From an uncultured Haloferula sp. (GTDB lineage: Bacteria; Verrucomicrobiota; Verrucomicrobiia; Verrucomicrobiales; Akkermansiaceae): a stretch of 64,000 nt of DNA. Below, piece by piece: positions 31,226-42,201 of this stretch. The notes below the pieces were generated by a model. It made no database searches. It was not told the origin of the DNA and saw nothing but the letters and a program-made list of their open reading frames with translations. A program made the translations under genes and the position numbers. The DNA is taken from positions 151,332 to 215,331 of the forward strand of contig CBFGTS010000008.1 in NCBI GenBank assembly GCA_965652295.1, written 5' to 3'. How positions within the stretch are numbered: the stretch's first letter is position 1; each line of letters opens with the position of its first letter.

Positions 31226-32617
31226 ATGGCCGGGGTTACCAACAAGCATTTTCATTTCGTCGGGGTGTGCGGCACGGCCATGGGGTCGGTGGCCGTGGCC
31301 ATGAAGCGCAAGGGGTTCACGGTGACGGGTTCGGATGCCAACGTGTATCCGCCGATGTCCGATTTCCTGCGCGCCGAGGGCATCGAGCTTTCCGAGGGCT
31401 ACCGGGCGTCGAACATCCCGGACGGCGCGGAGGTGATCGTGATCGGCAATGCGATCAGCCGCGGCAACGAGGAGGCGGAGGCGGCGCTTGAGCGGCGGCT
31501 GCTCTATTGCTCGCTGCCGGAGGTGATGAAGGAGTATCTGCTGCGGGGAAAACGGAACTTCGTGGTCAGTGGGACGCACGGGAAAACCACCACCTCGTCC
31601 ATGCTTGCGTGGCTGTTCCAGTCGGCCGGGCGGAACCCGGGCTGGATGATCGGCGGCCTGCCGCGGAATCTCGGTCGCGGAGCGGAGTTCGGCGAGTCGG
31701 AGTTCAACGTGCTGGAGGGCGACGAGTACGACACCGCCTTCTTCGACAAACGCTCGAAGTTCCTCCACTACCTGCCGGAGGTCGCGGTGGTCAACAACAT
31801 CGAGTTCGACCACGCGGACATCTACAACTCGCTCGACGAGATCAAGCTGGCCTTCCGGCGCCTGCTGCTGGTGGTGCCGCGGAACGGTCACGCCGTGATC
31901 AATGGCGACGACCCGAACTGCCTCGACGTGGCGGAAAAGGCACCGTGCCAGGTGATGAAGGTGGGGCTGGGCGAGGGCTGCGATTTGCGGATCACGGACA
32001 TCGATTTCCAGCCGGGGCACAGCGCGTTCACGATCGGTGGCGAACGCTATCAGGTCGCGATGCCGGGAGAATTCAACGTCCGCAACGCGGCGATGGCGGT
32101 GACGGCGGCGCGGCTCGGTGGGCTGACGGTCGACGAGGTGCGTGCGGGGTTGCTGAGCTTTCAGGGGATCGCCCGCCGCCAGGAACTGCGGGGAACGGCG
32201 GGAGGGGTGCGGGTGGTCGATGACTTTGCCCACCATCCGACCGCCATCCGCCAGGCCATCCGGGCGCTGCGGCAGCAGTATCCGACAGGACGGCTATGGG
32301 TGGTTTTCGAGCCGCGCTCGAACACGACCAAGCGGAAGGTTTTTCAAACCGAGCTGGCGGAGTGCTTCGAGGGCGCGGATGTCGCGATCATCGCCGCCAT
32401 GCCGGATCCGGAAAAGGTCCCGCTGGAGGACCGGCTCGACCCGGAAAAGGTGGCCGCCTCGGTGCCGGGCGGGGTGGGGCGCTATCTGCCGACGGTGGAT
32501 GACATCGTCGATGCCGTCGGCCGCGAGGCGACGGAGGGCGACACGGTCGCGGTCCTGAGCAACGGCGGCTTCGGTGGCATCCACAAGCGCTTGCTGGAGC
32601 GCCTGGAACAACGCTGA
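31226..32617 (+). CDS. mpl: UDP-MurNAc:L-Ala-gamma-D-Glu-mDAP ligase
   Basis: 'GVCGTAMG', 'GTHGKTTTSS', 'EGDEYDTAFFDKRSKF', 'DDFAHHPTAI', 'FEPRSNT'. Confidence 0.93.
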   Translation: MAGVTNKHFHFVGVCGTAMGSVAVAMKRKGFTVTGSDANVYPPMSDFLRAEGIELSEGYRASNIPDGAEVIVIGNAISRGNEEAEAALERRLLYCSLPEVMKEYLLRGKRNFVVSGTHGKTTTSSMLAWLFQSAGRNPGWMIGGLPRNLGRGAEFGESEFNVLEGDEYDTAFFDKRSKFLHYLPEVAVVNNIEFDHADIYNSLDEIKLAFRRLLLVVPRNGHAVINGDDPNCLDVAEKAPCQVMKVGLGEGCDLRITDIDFQPGHSAFTIGGERYQVAMPGEFNVRNAAMAVTAARLGGLTVDEVRAGLLSFQGIARRQELRGTAGGVRVVDDFAHHPTAIRQAIRALRQQYPTGRLWVVFEPRSNTTKRKVFQTELAECFEGADVAIIAAMPDPEKVPLEDRLDPEKVAASVPGGVGRYLPTVDDIVDAVGREATEGDTVAVLSNGGFGGIHKRLLERLEQR

Positions 32618-32630
32618 GACCCAGCGCCTC

Positions 32631-33503
32631 TCAGGAGGCGTTCGAGAGGCGGTGGTTGAGCGAGATCGAGCGTCGCAGCGCCGCGATGACTTCGACCATC
32701 GGACGGAACTTCGCCGTGGCCTTGCGGCAGGCTTCATCGCGGCGGGCGTGGAGGCTGACGTGGCGGCCGATCTCGGCGTAGAGTTGATACATCTCGGTCT
32801 CGACGACTCCAAGCTCGGCCTTGCAGCGGGAAATCTCGCGGTTCATGTCGCCGATCACATGGAAGGTGCCGGAGGTGTCCTCGCGTTGGACCTTGCGGTC
32901 GGCTTCGAGTCGCTTGTCCAGCTCGGTCACCTCGGCGTCGATATTCTTCACCTCGGCGGCGATCCGGTCGCGTTCGGTCTTGAAGCCATCGAACTGCTCC
33001 CGGAGCTCGGTCATGCGTTGACGTGACTTGGCGGCACTTTCTTCGTCGGTGCTTTCCTCCTGCTTCAGGACTTCGAGCTTGGCCTTCATGCCGTCGTAGA
33101 CGCGGCGCACTTCGCGGGCCTTGACGACCACCGCATCGCGCTCGCGGGCGAGGGATTCGAGCTTTTGCACGAGTTGTGCGCGCTCCTTGATGATCGACTC
33201 GTTTTTCTCGGACGCGGCGCTCAGCAACTGCGAGCGTTCGTCATGAGCATCGCGAAGCTTGGCCTCGGCTTCCGCGAGGGTGGAGGTCAGCTCGTCGCGC
33301 TTCTTTTGGAGACGACGGAGATTCCAGTATTCGATGCCCAGCTCTTCGACGTTCTCGACCTCCATCCACACCTGAGCGCCAAGATGCTGTTCCGCCTCGC
33401 GGAGCAGGTGGGCCTCCGCGGCGGCGTCGGCCATGCGCTTCTGGCGACGGCTGATTCCGAAGGCGAGGGCGAGACGGGCGAGGAAATAACGGCCGGAGGT
33501 CAT
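32631..33503 (-). CDS. Hypothetical coiled-coil protein
   Basis: 290-aa E/K/R-rich helical ORF directly downstream of acs. Confidence 0.7.
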   Translation of the reverse strand: MTSGRYFLARLALAFGISRRQKRMADAAAEAHLLREAEQHLGAQVWMEVENVEELGIEYWNLRRLQKKRDELTSTLAEAEAKLRDAHDERSQLLSAASEKNESIIKERAQLVQKLESLARERDAVVVKAREVRRVYDGMKAKLEVLKQEESTDEESAAKSRQRMTELREQFDGFKTERDRIAAEVKNIDAEVTELDKRLEADRKVQREDTSGTFHVIGDMNREISRCKAELGVVETEMYQLYAEIGRHVSLHARRDEACRKATAKFRPMVEVIAALRRSISLNHRLSNAS

Positions 33504-33513
33504 GGGAAGGAAA

Positions 33514-35451
33514 TCAGGGCTTGGCCAGACGTTGTTGAAGGCTCTCGATCACCGAGAAGTCCTCCAGAGTCGTCAGGCTCCCGGAGACGCTGCCGGTGGT
33601 GACCAGCTCTTTCAAGAGCCGACGAATGATTTTTCCGGAACGGGTCTTCGGCAGCGCGGGTGCAAAATGGAGATCGTCCGGCTTGGCGATCGCGCCGATG
33701 ACCTTGCCGACGTGGTTCCGGAGCTCTTTCTGCAGCTCGGCGGACTCCTCGAAGCCGGTCTTGAGGGTGACAAAAGCGACCACGGCCTGGCCCTTGAGGT
33801 CGTCCGGGCGGCCGACGACGGCAGCTTCGGCCACGGCCTTGTGAGCCACCAGCGCGCTTTCGACCTCGGCGGTGCCGAGGCGGTGGCCGGAGACGTTGAG
33901 GACGTCGTCGAGGCGACCGATGATCCAGAAATTGCCGTTCTTGTCGCGCCGCGCGCTGTCCCCGGCGGTGTAGAGACCGTCGTAGTCGGACCAGTAGGTC
34001 TTCTTGAAGCGCGCCTTGTCGCCGTAGATCGTGCGGGCCATGGAGGGCCACGGTTTGCGGATTACGAGCCGGCCCTGCTCGTTCGCTTTGACTTCATTTC
34101 CGGCGTCGTCGAGCACCGCGGCGTCGATGCCGAAGAAGGGGAGGGTGGCGGTGCCGGGAGGCGTCGGGGTGGCTCCGGGCAGCGGGCTGATCATGATGGC
34201 GCCCGTTTCGGTCTGCCACCAGGTGTCGACGATCGGGCAACGACCGCCGCCGATCTTCTCGTGATACCAGCGCCAGGCTTCGGGGTTGATCGGCTCTCCC
34301 ACCGAGCCGAGCAGGCGCAGGGAGGAGAGGTCGTGCTTCTCGGGGAAATGATCGCCCGCCTTGATGAATGCGCGGATGGCGGTTGGCGCGGTGTAGAAGA
34401 TCGTGACGCCGTGGTCCTCGATCATTTTCCAGAAACGGCCGAAGTCCGGGAAGTTCGGGGCACCCTCGTAGATGACCTGGGTCGCGCCCATGGCCAGCGG
34501 GCCGTAGACGATGTAGGAGTGGCCGGTGATCCAGCCGACGTCGGCGGTGCACCAATAGATATCATCGTCCTGCATATCGAAGATATACTTGCAGGTCGTG
34601 TAGGTGCCGGTGAGGTAGCCGCCGGCGGTGTGGAGGATGCCCTTGGGCTTCCCGGTGGAACCGGAGGTATAGAGGATGAAGAGCGGGTGCTCGCTGTCGA
34701 AGGCCTTGGCTTCGTGCTTCACTGAAGCGGTTTCGGCCAGTTCGTGCCACCAGTGGTCGCGCCCTTTTTTCATGGCGACTTTCTGACCGGTGCGTTGATG
34801 GACGATCACGCTCTTGACGGCCTTGTTGCGTTTGATGGCTTCATCGACGTTGTCCTTGAGCGGGACGATCTTGCCGCGCCGCCAGCCGCCATCGGCGGTG
34901 ATGATGTGCTCCGCGCCGCTGTCGGCGAGGCGGTCGGAGATCGACTCCGCGGAGAACCCGCCGAAGACCACCGAGTGGACCGCGCCGAGACGGGCGCAGG
35001 CGAGCATGGCGACCGCGGCCTCCGGGATCATCGGCATGTAAATCAACACCCGGTCCCTGGCTTTCACGCCTTGAGCGGCGAGGACGTTGGCGAATTGGCA
35101 GACCTCCTTGTGGAGTTGGGCGTAGGTGATCGTGCGGCGGTCACCCGGTTCGCCTTCGAAGATGATGGCGGCCTTGTTCTTGCGCGGGCCGGTGGCGTGG
35201 CGATCGAGGCAGGACTCGGTGATGTTGAGCTTGCCGCCGACGAACCACTTGGCATCCGGGGCCTTCCACTCGAGCACCTTTTTCCACGGCTGGCGCCAGG
35301 CGAGCTCCTTGGCCTCCGCGGCCCAGAACTTCTCCGGTTGGTCGACCGACTCCTTCCACATCCGCTTGTACTGGGCGAGCGAGGAGACGCGGGCGGCTTT
35401 GGAGAATTCCTTGGTGGGCTTGTAGACGTCGGGCGCGGTGCTTTTGCTCAT
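33514..35451 (-). CDS. acs: Acetyl-CoA synthetase
   Basis: '[11 protein letters not shown]', '[14 protein letters not shown]', 'DTWWQTETG', 'PKTRSGKI'. Confidence 0.97.
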   Translation of the reverse strand: MSKSTAPDVYKPTKEFSKAARVSSLAQYKRMWKESVDQPEKFWAAEAKELAWRQPWKKVLEWKAPDAKWFVGGKLNITESCLDRHATGPRKNKAAIIFEGEPGDRRTITYAQLHKEVCQFANVLAAQGVKARDRVLIYMPMIPEAAVAMLACARLGAVHSVVFGGFSAESISDRLADSGAEHIITADGGWRRGKIVPLKDNVDEAIKRNKAVKSVIVHQRTGQKVAMKKGRDHWWHELAETASVKHEAKAFDSEHPLFILYTSGSTGKPKGILHTAGGYLTGTYTTCKYIFDMQDDDIYWCTADVGWITGHSYIVYGPLAMGATQVIYEGAPNFPDFGRFWKMIEDHGVTIFYTAPTAIRAFIKAGDHFPEKHDLSSLRLLGSVGEPINPEAWRWYHEKIGGGRCPIVDTWWQTETGAIMISPLPGATPTPPGTATLPFFGIDAAVLDDAGNEVKANEQGRLVIRKPWPSMARTIYGDKARFKKTYWSDYDGLYTAGDSARRDKNGNFWIIGRLDDVLNVSGHRLGTAEVESALVAHKAVAEAAVVGRPDDLKGQAVVAFVTLKTGFEESAELQKELRNHVGKVIGAIAKPDDLHFAPALPKTRSGKIIRRLLKELVTTGSVSGSLTTLEDFSVIESLQQRLAKP

Positions 35452-35556
35452 GAGTGCGGAGTTTTGTAAGGCCGCACCTTAGAAATCCCGCCCGGCGGGC
35501 CAATCAAAAGTTGACCGCGGGAGATGACTTTTTTGGGTTAGGGAAAGGCCAACCTC

Positions 35557-36396
35557 CTACCGCTTCGGCTTCTTCGTGGCCGGGCGTTTCTTGGCGAAGG
35601 ATGCCAGCTTCTTCTTCGCGGGCTTGGCCCTCCGGCGGTCGGCGGGAACCTCGCGCTTCGCTTTGGCGCGCTGGCGGGTGTTGGGATTGGTGGTGAGGGC
35701 TTCGATCTCCGCCGCTTCGAGCTGACGGTAGCCGCCGATGGGGAGGTCGTTGAGAAAGAGCGAGCCGATCCTCACGCGGACGAGTCGCTGGACGCCGTAG
35801 CCCATGGCTTCGAGCATCACCCGGATCTGGCGCTTGTAGCCGGTGGTGAGGACAATCCGCAGGCGGCGTGGCGAGAGACGTTCGATTTCCTTGGCCCGGA
35901 GCTTGATCTTGCCTTCCTCGACGAAGATTCCGCGGAGGAACTGATCGAGGTGTTCGTCGCTCACCGGCTGGTTGGCGGTGACGAAGTACTCCTTTTCCAC
36001 GTCTTTGGACGGGTGGAGCATGCTTTGGGCGAGGTTGCCGTCGTTGGTGAGGACAAGCAGGCCCTCGGAGTCGCGGTCGAGCCGGCCGACGTGGTTGAGG
36101 TGGGAAAGGGTCACCGGCAGGGCCTCGAAGATCGTTTGCCGTCCAAGTTCGTCATCCTTGGAGCACACCAAGCCCTTCGGCTTGTTGAAGGCGATGGTGG
36201 TGGTGCGTTTCGGTTGGACGCGTTTGCCATCGACCCGCACGAAGTCGCCCGGGGAGACCCGCTCAGCCGGATTGAGGCAGGGCTGGCCGTTGATTTCCAC
36301 ATGGCCGTCCTGGACCATGGCATCGCAGGCGCGGCGGGATCCGACGCCGCAGGAGGCGAGGTATTTGTTGAGGCGGATGCCGTCGGAGTCGTTCAT
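35557..36396 (-). CDS. rRNA pseudouridine synthase (RluB/RsuA family)
   Basis: S4 'RLNKYLASCGVGSRR', 'VGRLDRDSEGLLVLTNDG'. Confidence 0.93.
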   Translation of the reverse strand: MNDSDGIRLNKYLASCGVGSRRACDAMVQDGHVEINGQPCLNPAERVSPGDFVRVDGKRVQPKRTTTIAFNKPKGLVCSKDDELGRQTIFEALPVTLSHLNHVGRLDRDSEGLLVLTNDGNLAQSMLHPSKDVEKEYFVTANQPVSDEHLDQFLRGIFVEEGKIKLRAKEIERLSPRRLRIVLTTGYKRQIRVMLEAMGYGVQRLVRVRIGSLFLNDLPIGGYRQLEAAEIEALTTNPNTRQRAKAKREVPADRRRAKPAKKKLASFAKKRPATKKPKR

Positions 36397-36487
36397 CGGA
36401 GTGGAAACGGGAGAGAGCCGGAAACACAAAAGGCGCGGCCCCGGCAAGGACCGCGCGCTTCTGTAAGGAACAGGAAGCGGCCGGGAA

Positions 36488-36643
36488 TCAGGCCTCGCCC
36501 TTGGTCTTCGGGAGACCGATGGGGCTGCGGCCTTCCTGCCACTGGCCACGGGACTTGAGAACCTTGATGCGCTCGAAACGCTTCATCACAGAGCGCTTGC
36601 CTTCGGCGCCGCCCTTGAGCTTGAGACTGTTGTGCTTGGACAT
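36488..36643 (-). CDS. PVC-superphylum signature small basic protein
   Basis: Manual translation MSKHNSLKLKGGAEGKRSVMKRFERIKVLKSRGQWQEGRSPIGLPKTKGEA (51 aa); below the ORF-track cutoff. Confidence 0.88.
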   Translation of the reverse strand: MSKHNSLKLKGGAEGKRSVMKRFERIKVLKSRGQWQEGRSPIGLPKTKGEA

Positions 36644-36866
36644 GGGAAAAAATCGCGGTTTGCCTGACGCGGGGCGCGGAAACTAGGAGCAGACCCCGGC
36701 CATGGCAAGGCGAAAGACGCGGGAGATTTTTTGCCGAAGGTCCGGGGCGGGGGAATCGATCGGGTTTCAGATCAGGGGGAATAGGGGCTCGGAGGGAATG
36801 GCGTTGACAGGAGGAGAGGGGGGATGGATGAGGATGCGACATGCGTGGAAGAGTTTTTCTCAAGTC

Positions 36867-38432
36867 ATGAATGCGCGGAACCTTATCCTGGTGGGTGCCG
36901 CCTGGACGGTGGCGCTCGGGGCCGGTTTCGGAGTCCGGAGAGCCATGCAAAATCCCGGTCCCGGGGCATCGGACCGTGATCCGGACATGGGCGAGGAACG
37001 AGCGGTGCCGGAAGCGAAGCATGGCAGCCCGTCTTCCCCGGGGGGAGTGGACGTGGAAAGCCAGGTCCGCGAGTTGATGGCACGGGCGGACGGGACGCGC
37101 TCGCGGGATACGCTGGAGACGATTCTGGAGATCGATCCCGTGGCGGAGTATGGCAGGCTGGCGTTGTGGATGGTGGATGCCAGCGGGGAGGAAATCGGAA
37201 GCTACTGGGACGCCTACCGGCAGCGCGAAAACCGCAGCAACGAGGTCAACGACCTGATTTTCATCAACTGGACCCGGGCCGATCCCGAGGCGGCGGTGAC
37301 GGCTTCATCCGGGACGGATGACGAGCACTATGCCTGGTGGGCATGGGCCTGCCATGATCCCGGCAAAGCCTTGGCGGAGGTGGTGGTGCGGGATCCGGAG
37401 CGGTTGAACAACGTCACCTGGGGCATTGGGGAATTCCACGCGGAGTGGGCGATGAAGCACTTCGATGAGATTCCCGAGGAAGCGAGGGACAATATCTTCC
37501 GCGGGATGGTGAAATGGGACGACACCGCGGACCCGGGAGCGATCCTCGATTTCCTGAGTGAGCATGGCCGCGGGACCGACGGGCGGATGTTCCGGGCGTT
37601 GGTGCGCAAGGACCCGTGGGCGGCCTACGACCGGGTCATCGGAGGAGGCGGACGGGTTTCGGAGCCATGGACGGGCGACAACTCCATGGATGTTCTCATC
37701 TCCACGATGGCCAGTGCCCACCCGGATCTGCTGGAAAGGATGTCGCAACTGACGCCGCCCGGTGAGTTGAAGCGGAAAATGGAAGCGTCCGCTTTCGACA
37801 GCCTGCTCGACAAGGACCCCGAGGCGGCCGTCGAGCTGGCATTGGCCCAGAAGGCGCCGCTTGCCGCTGCGAATCAGCTCAGCAAGGTGGGAAAGAGCCT
37901 GCTTGAGAGCGATCCCGATCGGGCGTTCGAGATGGCGGAGCGCTTGTTCGATCTGCCGCAGGATGCCGTCCTTGGCAGGACCCGGGTGGAGTATTCATCG
38001 GGCACATCGAGCCACGGTGGAAACGGGGGAAACGACGGATTCCTCTCCCTGCTGGTTGCGGAGGACGCCCGGCGGACCATGGACCTGGCCATGAATGCCG
38101 GTGGGGCGGAAAGTGGTCATCACGAGACGGTGGAACTCGTCGCCGACAGCTGGCTGCAACAGGATCTCTATGGGTTTTCGGAGTGGGCGGCGGAGCTTGA
38201 GACTTCTCCGCAGCGGACCGTGGCCATCAACTCGCTCGTCAACCACCTTTCCAACGAGAGTCTCCACCTCGAAGCCGTGCAGTGGTGTGCGACCGAGGAG
38301 ACCTTGCGAAGTTCCTTGCCGTGGCGGGTGCAGAGGTGGGCCCAAGCCGATCCCGACGGAGCCCGTGCCTGGGTCGAACAGGCGGATCTGAACCCGGCGG
38401 AGCGGATCTCCATCGAACAACAACTCAAATGA
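36867..38432 (+). CDS. Hypothetical helical-repeat membrane-anchored protein
   Basis: N-terminal TM helix and recurring 'W...DP..A..W' motifs. Confidence 0.7.
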   Translation: MNARNLILVGAAWTVALGAGFGVRRAMQNPGPGASDRDPDMGEERAVPEAKHGSPSSPGGVDVESQVRELMARADGTRSRDTLETILEIDPVAEYGRLALWMVDASGEEIGSYWDAYRQRENRSNEVNDLIFINWTRADPEAAVTASSGTDDEHYAWWAWACHDPGKALAEVVVRDPERLNNVTWGIGEFHAEWAMKHFDEIPEEARDNIFRGMVKWDDTADPGAILDFLSEHGRGTDGRMFRALVRKDPWAAYDRVIGGGGRVSEPWTGDNSMDVLISTMASAHPDLLERMSQLTPPGELKRKMEASAFDSLLDKDPEAAVELALAQKAPLAAANQLSKVGKSLLESDPDRAFEMAERLFDLPQDAVLGRTRVEYSSGTSSHGGNGGNDGFLSLLVAEDARRTMDLAMNAGGAESGHHETVELVADSWLQQDLYGFSEWAAELETSPQRTVAINSLVNHLSNESLHLEAVQWCATEETLRSSLPWRVQRWAQADPDGARAWVEQADLNPAERISIEQQLK

Positions 38433-40171
38433 TGAAGGAACTTTCACCCACTCTCCGTTCCGCGGTCTTCGCCGGGGCGGGGGCGATGCTGTTGCTCGGC
38501 TGGACTCTGGGCGGAAAAAGGGAGGAGGCCGCCCATGAGGAGGTGCTCTCCCGCGCGGATGCCAGGCTGACGGATCGCGCGGCGCGGCCCGACGGCAAGT
38601 ATCGTACTCCGGACCACGCGGTGAGCCGTGTTGCGGCGATCCGTGCGCTTTCCTCCCGCGGCGAGCAGATGCGGGCGACGATCGCCTTGGTGAACTCCCT
38701 GACGCTTGAGGAGCTGGCGGAGTGGATCGAAGGCCGTTGGTTCGATCACGGAGGGGACTTCAACCTCACGCTCTTCAACAAGATCGCGGAGAAGCGTTGG
38801 CAGACCGAGGATCCGGACGGCTACCTCGCTTACCAGATCCGGCAGGGCGGGGGGTCGGCGTATGAGGCCATGGATCGCCTTGCACGGGAGGACCCGGAGC
38901 GATTGTTTGCGTATTTCAGGGAGCATCCGGATGCGTCGATGGAGCTAAGCTTGCTCCAACGGGTCGCCAACGACCACCCGGACCTCGCTTTGGCTCGCGC
39001 CCGCGAATTGATCGAATCCGGCGTGGGGCTGGGGGACTCGGTGCGGCACCAATTGGGCTACACGCTCCGAACCATCGCTGCCAAGGATCCTGCCTTGGTG
39101 GAGGGTTTGTTGGAATCCGTGCCGACGTTCTTCGCGCGCGAAATCGAACGGGGGATCGTGTCCAAGGGACTGCAGGATTCGTTCTCAGAAACGATGCGGG
39201 ATCTCTGGGGCCGGGCGGATGGCTGGAGCCTCTTCAGCGGGGCGGATTTGGAAGGAAAGGGCGGGAAACTGCTGGCGGAGATCCACGATCTGCCTGCCGC
39301 CTGGAAAAACATGATCGCCCAGCAGCCTCATTCGGTCATCGACGGCGAGAACGCCGCCCAGTGGCTGGGCGTGGATTTCAAGGGGGCTGGTTTCACCGAC
39401 AAACAGGCCAAGGATATCGTTTCCCGCTCTCTTATGTATCTTGCGAGCGAAGACCCTCAGGAGACGCTCCGCCAGATGGACAAGTGGGAGATCTCGGAGA
39501 ATGACCGGAACAATCTGATTCAAAGGATCTTCGGAGCGAACTCTGTCGAGCAAACGAGGGCGCTACTGGACAGCCTCCCCTCCGACCAAGAGAGGGCGAA
39601 AGCGGCGGGCATGCTGGAGGCGAGGATGCGACATGAAACGGTGGACCAAGTCACCGCCCCCACGACTCCGAAGGAGTGGATGGAAACGCTGAGCGGAATG
39701 GATGAGGCATCGGTTTATCCTCTGGTCAGTCAGCTGAGGAATTGGAACTCGGAGAAGATCGCTGAAATCACGGCGGGGTTCCATGACCTGCCGGCGGAGA
39801 CCAAGGACAAGCTGGCGGCCTCGCTGCTCGACTATGGCAACTCCGTGGATCCCGCGCTGCGGGGTGAGGCGGTGAGGCATCAACTGACATCGGCGTCGGA
39901 CGAGAGTGGAAATCCCTCAGACGACCCCTTCCGCGGTAGGAATCCGGAGGAGCGTGCGTCCGCCCTCGCCGTGGAGTGGATGAAGTCGGACCCTGGAGCG
40001 GCTAGCCAATGGGTCAACTCACTGCCTGCCGGCGATGCGAAGCTCTGGGCCCAGAAGAACCTCGCGCGGAACTGGGCCCTCTACGATCCGGACTCGGCGA
40101 AGCTGTGGGTCAGCTCGCTGCCGGGCCATGCCAAGACGGAAGTGACGCAGTTCCTGAAAGACAAAGAATAG
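38429..40171 (+). CDS. Hypothetical helical-repeat membrane-anchored protein (paralog-like)
   Basis: N-terminal TM helix, 'WMKSDPGAASQWV', 'WALYDPDSAKLWV'; overlaps the upstream stop. Confidence 0.7.
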   Translation: MMKELSPTLRSAVFAGAGAMLLLGWTLGGKREEAAHEEVLSRADARLTDRAARPDGKYRTPDHAVSRVAAIRALSSRGEQMRATIALVNSLTLEELAEWIEGRWFDHGGDFNLTLFNKIAEKRWQTEDPDGYLAYQIRQGGGSAYEAMDRLAREDPERLFAYFREHPDASMELSLLQRVANDHPDLALARARELIESGVGLGDSVRHQLGYTLRTIAAKDPALVEGLLESVPTFFAREIERGIVSKGLQDSFSETMRDLWGRADGWSLFSGADLEGKGGKLLAEIHDLPAAWKNMIAQQPHSVIDGENAAQWLGVDFKGAGFTDKQAKDIVSRSLMYLASEDPQETLRQMDKWEISENDRNNLIQRIFGANSVEQTRALLDSLPSDQERAKAAGMLEARMRHETVDQVTAPTTPKEWMETLSGMDEASVYPLVSQLRNWNSEKIAEITAGFHDLPAETKDKLAASLLDYGNSVDPALRGEAVRHQLTSASDESGNPSDDPFRGRNPEERASALAVEWMKSDPGAASQWVNSLPAGDAKLWAQKNLARNWALYDPDSAKLWVSSLPGHAKTEVTQFLKDKE

Positions 40172-40172
40172 T

Positions 40173-40790
40173 TCAGGTCCCGAAGAGCCGGTCGCCGGCG
40201 TCGCCGAGGCCGGGGAGGATGTAGCCTTTTTCGTTCAGGCAGCGATCGAGCGCGGCGGCGAAGACGGGGACATCCGGAAGAGCGTCTTCCATGGCCTTCA
40301 CGCCTTCGGGGGAGGCGACGAGCACGGCCAGCGAAACATGCCGGGCTCCGGCCTCACGGAGGGTGCGGATGGCTTGGATGGCCGAACCGCCGGTGGCGAG
40401 CATCGGGTCCAACACGATCACATCCGAGTTTTCCAGATCGGCCGGCGCTTTGAAGTAGTAGGGTTCGGGCAACAAGGTGCTCTCATTCCGCGCCAGACCG
40501 ATGTGGGCGACGCGGGCATCGGGAAGCAGGTCGAGAAAGCCGTCGAGGAAGCCGATGCCGGCCCGCAGGATCGGGGCGAGGACGATCGCCCGCTGCAGCG
40601 CGACGCCGGAAGTCACCTCCAGCGGGGTTTCGCAGGAAACCGCACGGGTGGGGAGGTGGGCGGTGACGGTGGGCACCATCAGCGAGGCGATGCGGCGCAC
40701 CCGCTGGCGGAACTCGGGGCCGGGGCAGGCGCGGTTGCGGAGCCGCGTCAGCTCGGTGTGGATCAGCGGGTGTTCTGAAACGTGCGGCAT
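40173..40790 (-). CDS. upp: Uracil phosphoribosyltransferase
   Basis: 'PILRAG', 'LDPMLATGGS', 'YILPGLGDAGDRLFGT'. Confidence 0.97.
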   Translation of the reverse strand: MPHVSEHPLIHTELTRLRNRACPGPEFRQRVRRIASLMVPTVTAHLPTRAVSCETPLEVTSGVALQRAIVLAPILRAGIGFLDGFLDLLPDARVAHIGLARNESTLLPEPYYFKAPADLENSDVIVLDPMLATGGSAIQAIRTLREAGARHVSLAVLVASPEGVKAMEDALPDVPVFAAALDRCLNEKGYILPGLGDAGDRLFGT

Positions 40791-40893
40791 GCCCTTTGCA
40801 TAGCGATCTCCACGCCAAGCGGAAGCACCGATGAGGTTCGCTGGAGCGAAACTGATAGACCCCACTGGCAAGGCGGGTAGGTTCGTCGCGTTC

Positions 40894-41916
40894 ATGACCC
40901 ACGACATCGTTCTTCAAGCCCCTGTCGAACTCGGCTTCGTGCCGACCCATGCCAAATTCGTTGGCGCCCTGGTTCCCGAAGCTGACGGCCGGCTGCCGCG
41001 GACGGACAACGGAAAATCCAAGGTCGTGGAGGCGGTCGAGGCGGTGCTGGAGTACAGCCGCGTCGCCGTCCCGGCCGTGCAGATCCCGGTCTTTGCCGGC
41101 ACCGCGGAGGGGGAGTGGGACGCGATGATTTCCGACCTGCGCGAGCTGGGACTGACGGTGCATCTGGTGATCATGATCGGCGGCGTGGATCCGATGGACC
41201 CGGCGGATGAGGACGCGACGGTCGCGCAGCTCCGCGCGCCCTTGGAGGCAGCGAAGCGGAACGGCATCCGTCACGTTTCGGCGACCTCCGTGGAGCTGTG
41301 GATGCAGGAAGGTGCCCGGCGCAAGGAGGGCGCGGAGTTCGAGGCCGCGGTTGCGCAGTTGGTGAAAATGCACCTGCGGACCTACCGTGAGGCCGGATTG
41401 GAGGGCTCCTGCGTCGAGGCCTGGCACGTCGAGTTCCTGCGGCCCGGCGAGTTCGTCACCTTCACCGACCTCGGACGCCTCTGGGCTTTCGTGAAAGCTG
41501 CCAACGACGAGCTGGGTCGGCCGTTTTTCCGGTGCCTCATCGATGCCTCGCACTGTGGTGATTCCGCTCTGGACATTCCGGCGCACGAGGCGCTGATCGC
41601 CGAGATCGCCGCGGGCGGCGGACTCGGGATCATGCATGCCTCGGCCAAGACCACGCGCGGCTGTCTGTCCACCGACGACGGATGGACGGCTGCCCTGCTG
41701 GCGGCCGCGGCGCAAACGGGCGGGCTGAGGCAGGTTTTCGTGGAGGTCTTCCATCACGAGGATCCGGCCCTGGAAGCGCTCCGAAAGCTCGATCCACGGC
41801 ACGGCGTGGACACCCGTGACGGTCGCAGCTACGCCCAACTGGTCGCCGATGGCCTCGGCTCCGTCGCGCGGATGCTGAATGGCTACGTCATCCGCGGCTG
41901 GTTGGCGGGGGAGTAG
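40894..41916 (+). CDS. Xylose-isomerase-like TIM-barrel protein
   Basis: 'HVEFLRPGE', 'LIDASH', 'HAS', 'VEVF' metal-ligand pattern. Confidence 0.55.
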   Translation: MTHDIVLQAPVELGFVPTHAKFVGALVPEADGRLPRTDNGKSKVVEAVEAVLEYSRVAVPAVQIPVFAGTAEGEWDAMISDLRELGLTVHLVIMIGGVDPMDPADEDATVAQLRAPLEAAKRNGIRHVSATSVELWMQEGARRKEGAEFEAAVAQLVKMHLRTYREAGLEGSCVEAWHVEFLRPGEFVTFTDLGRLWAFVKAANDELGRPFFRCLIDASHCGDSALDIPAHEALIAEIAAGGGLGIMHASAKTTRGCLSTDDGWTAALLAAAAQTGGLRQVFVEVFHHEDPALEALRKLDPRHGVDTRDGRSYAQLVADGLGSVARMLNGYVIRGWLAGE

Positions 41917-41980
41917 CGGTAAAGGACAAGATTTCGCATCCTTTACGTCGGGTCTGTCGGAGGTTAGCATGGGCAGCGTC

Positions 41981-42196
41981 ATGGAACGAATCACCTTCAA
42001 TCCCAACCAGTGCGGCGGGCGCCCGTGCATCCGCGGCATGCGCGTGCGGGTGAAGGATGTGCTCGATCTGCTTGCCGCCGGAGTGAGGGAGGGGGAGATC
42101 CTGGAAGACTTTCCGTATTTGGAAGCCGAAGATATTCGGGCCTGCTTGGAATACGCTGCCGCTGAGGCGGACCATCCCGTGCTCGTCGCGCGGTAA
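41981..42196 (+). CDS. DUF433 antitoxin
   Basis: 'RITFNPNQCGGRPCIRGMRVRVKDVLDLL...ILEDFPYLEAEDIRACLEYA'. Confidence 0.92.
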   Translation: MERITFNPNQCGGRPCIRGMRVRVKDVLDLLAAGVREGEILEDFPYLEAEDIRACLEYAAAEADHPVLVAR

Positions 42197-42201
42197 ACGC
42201 C

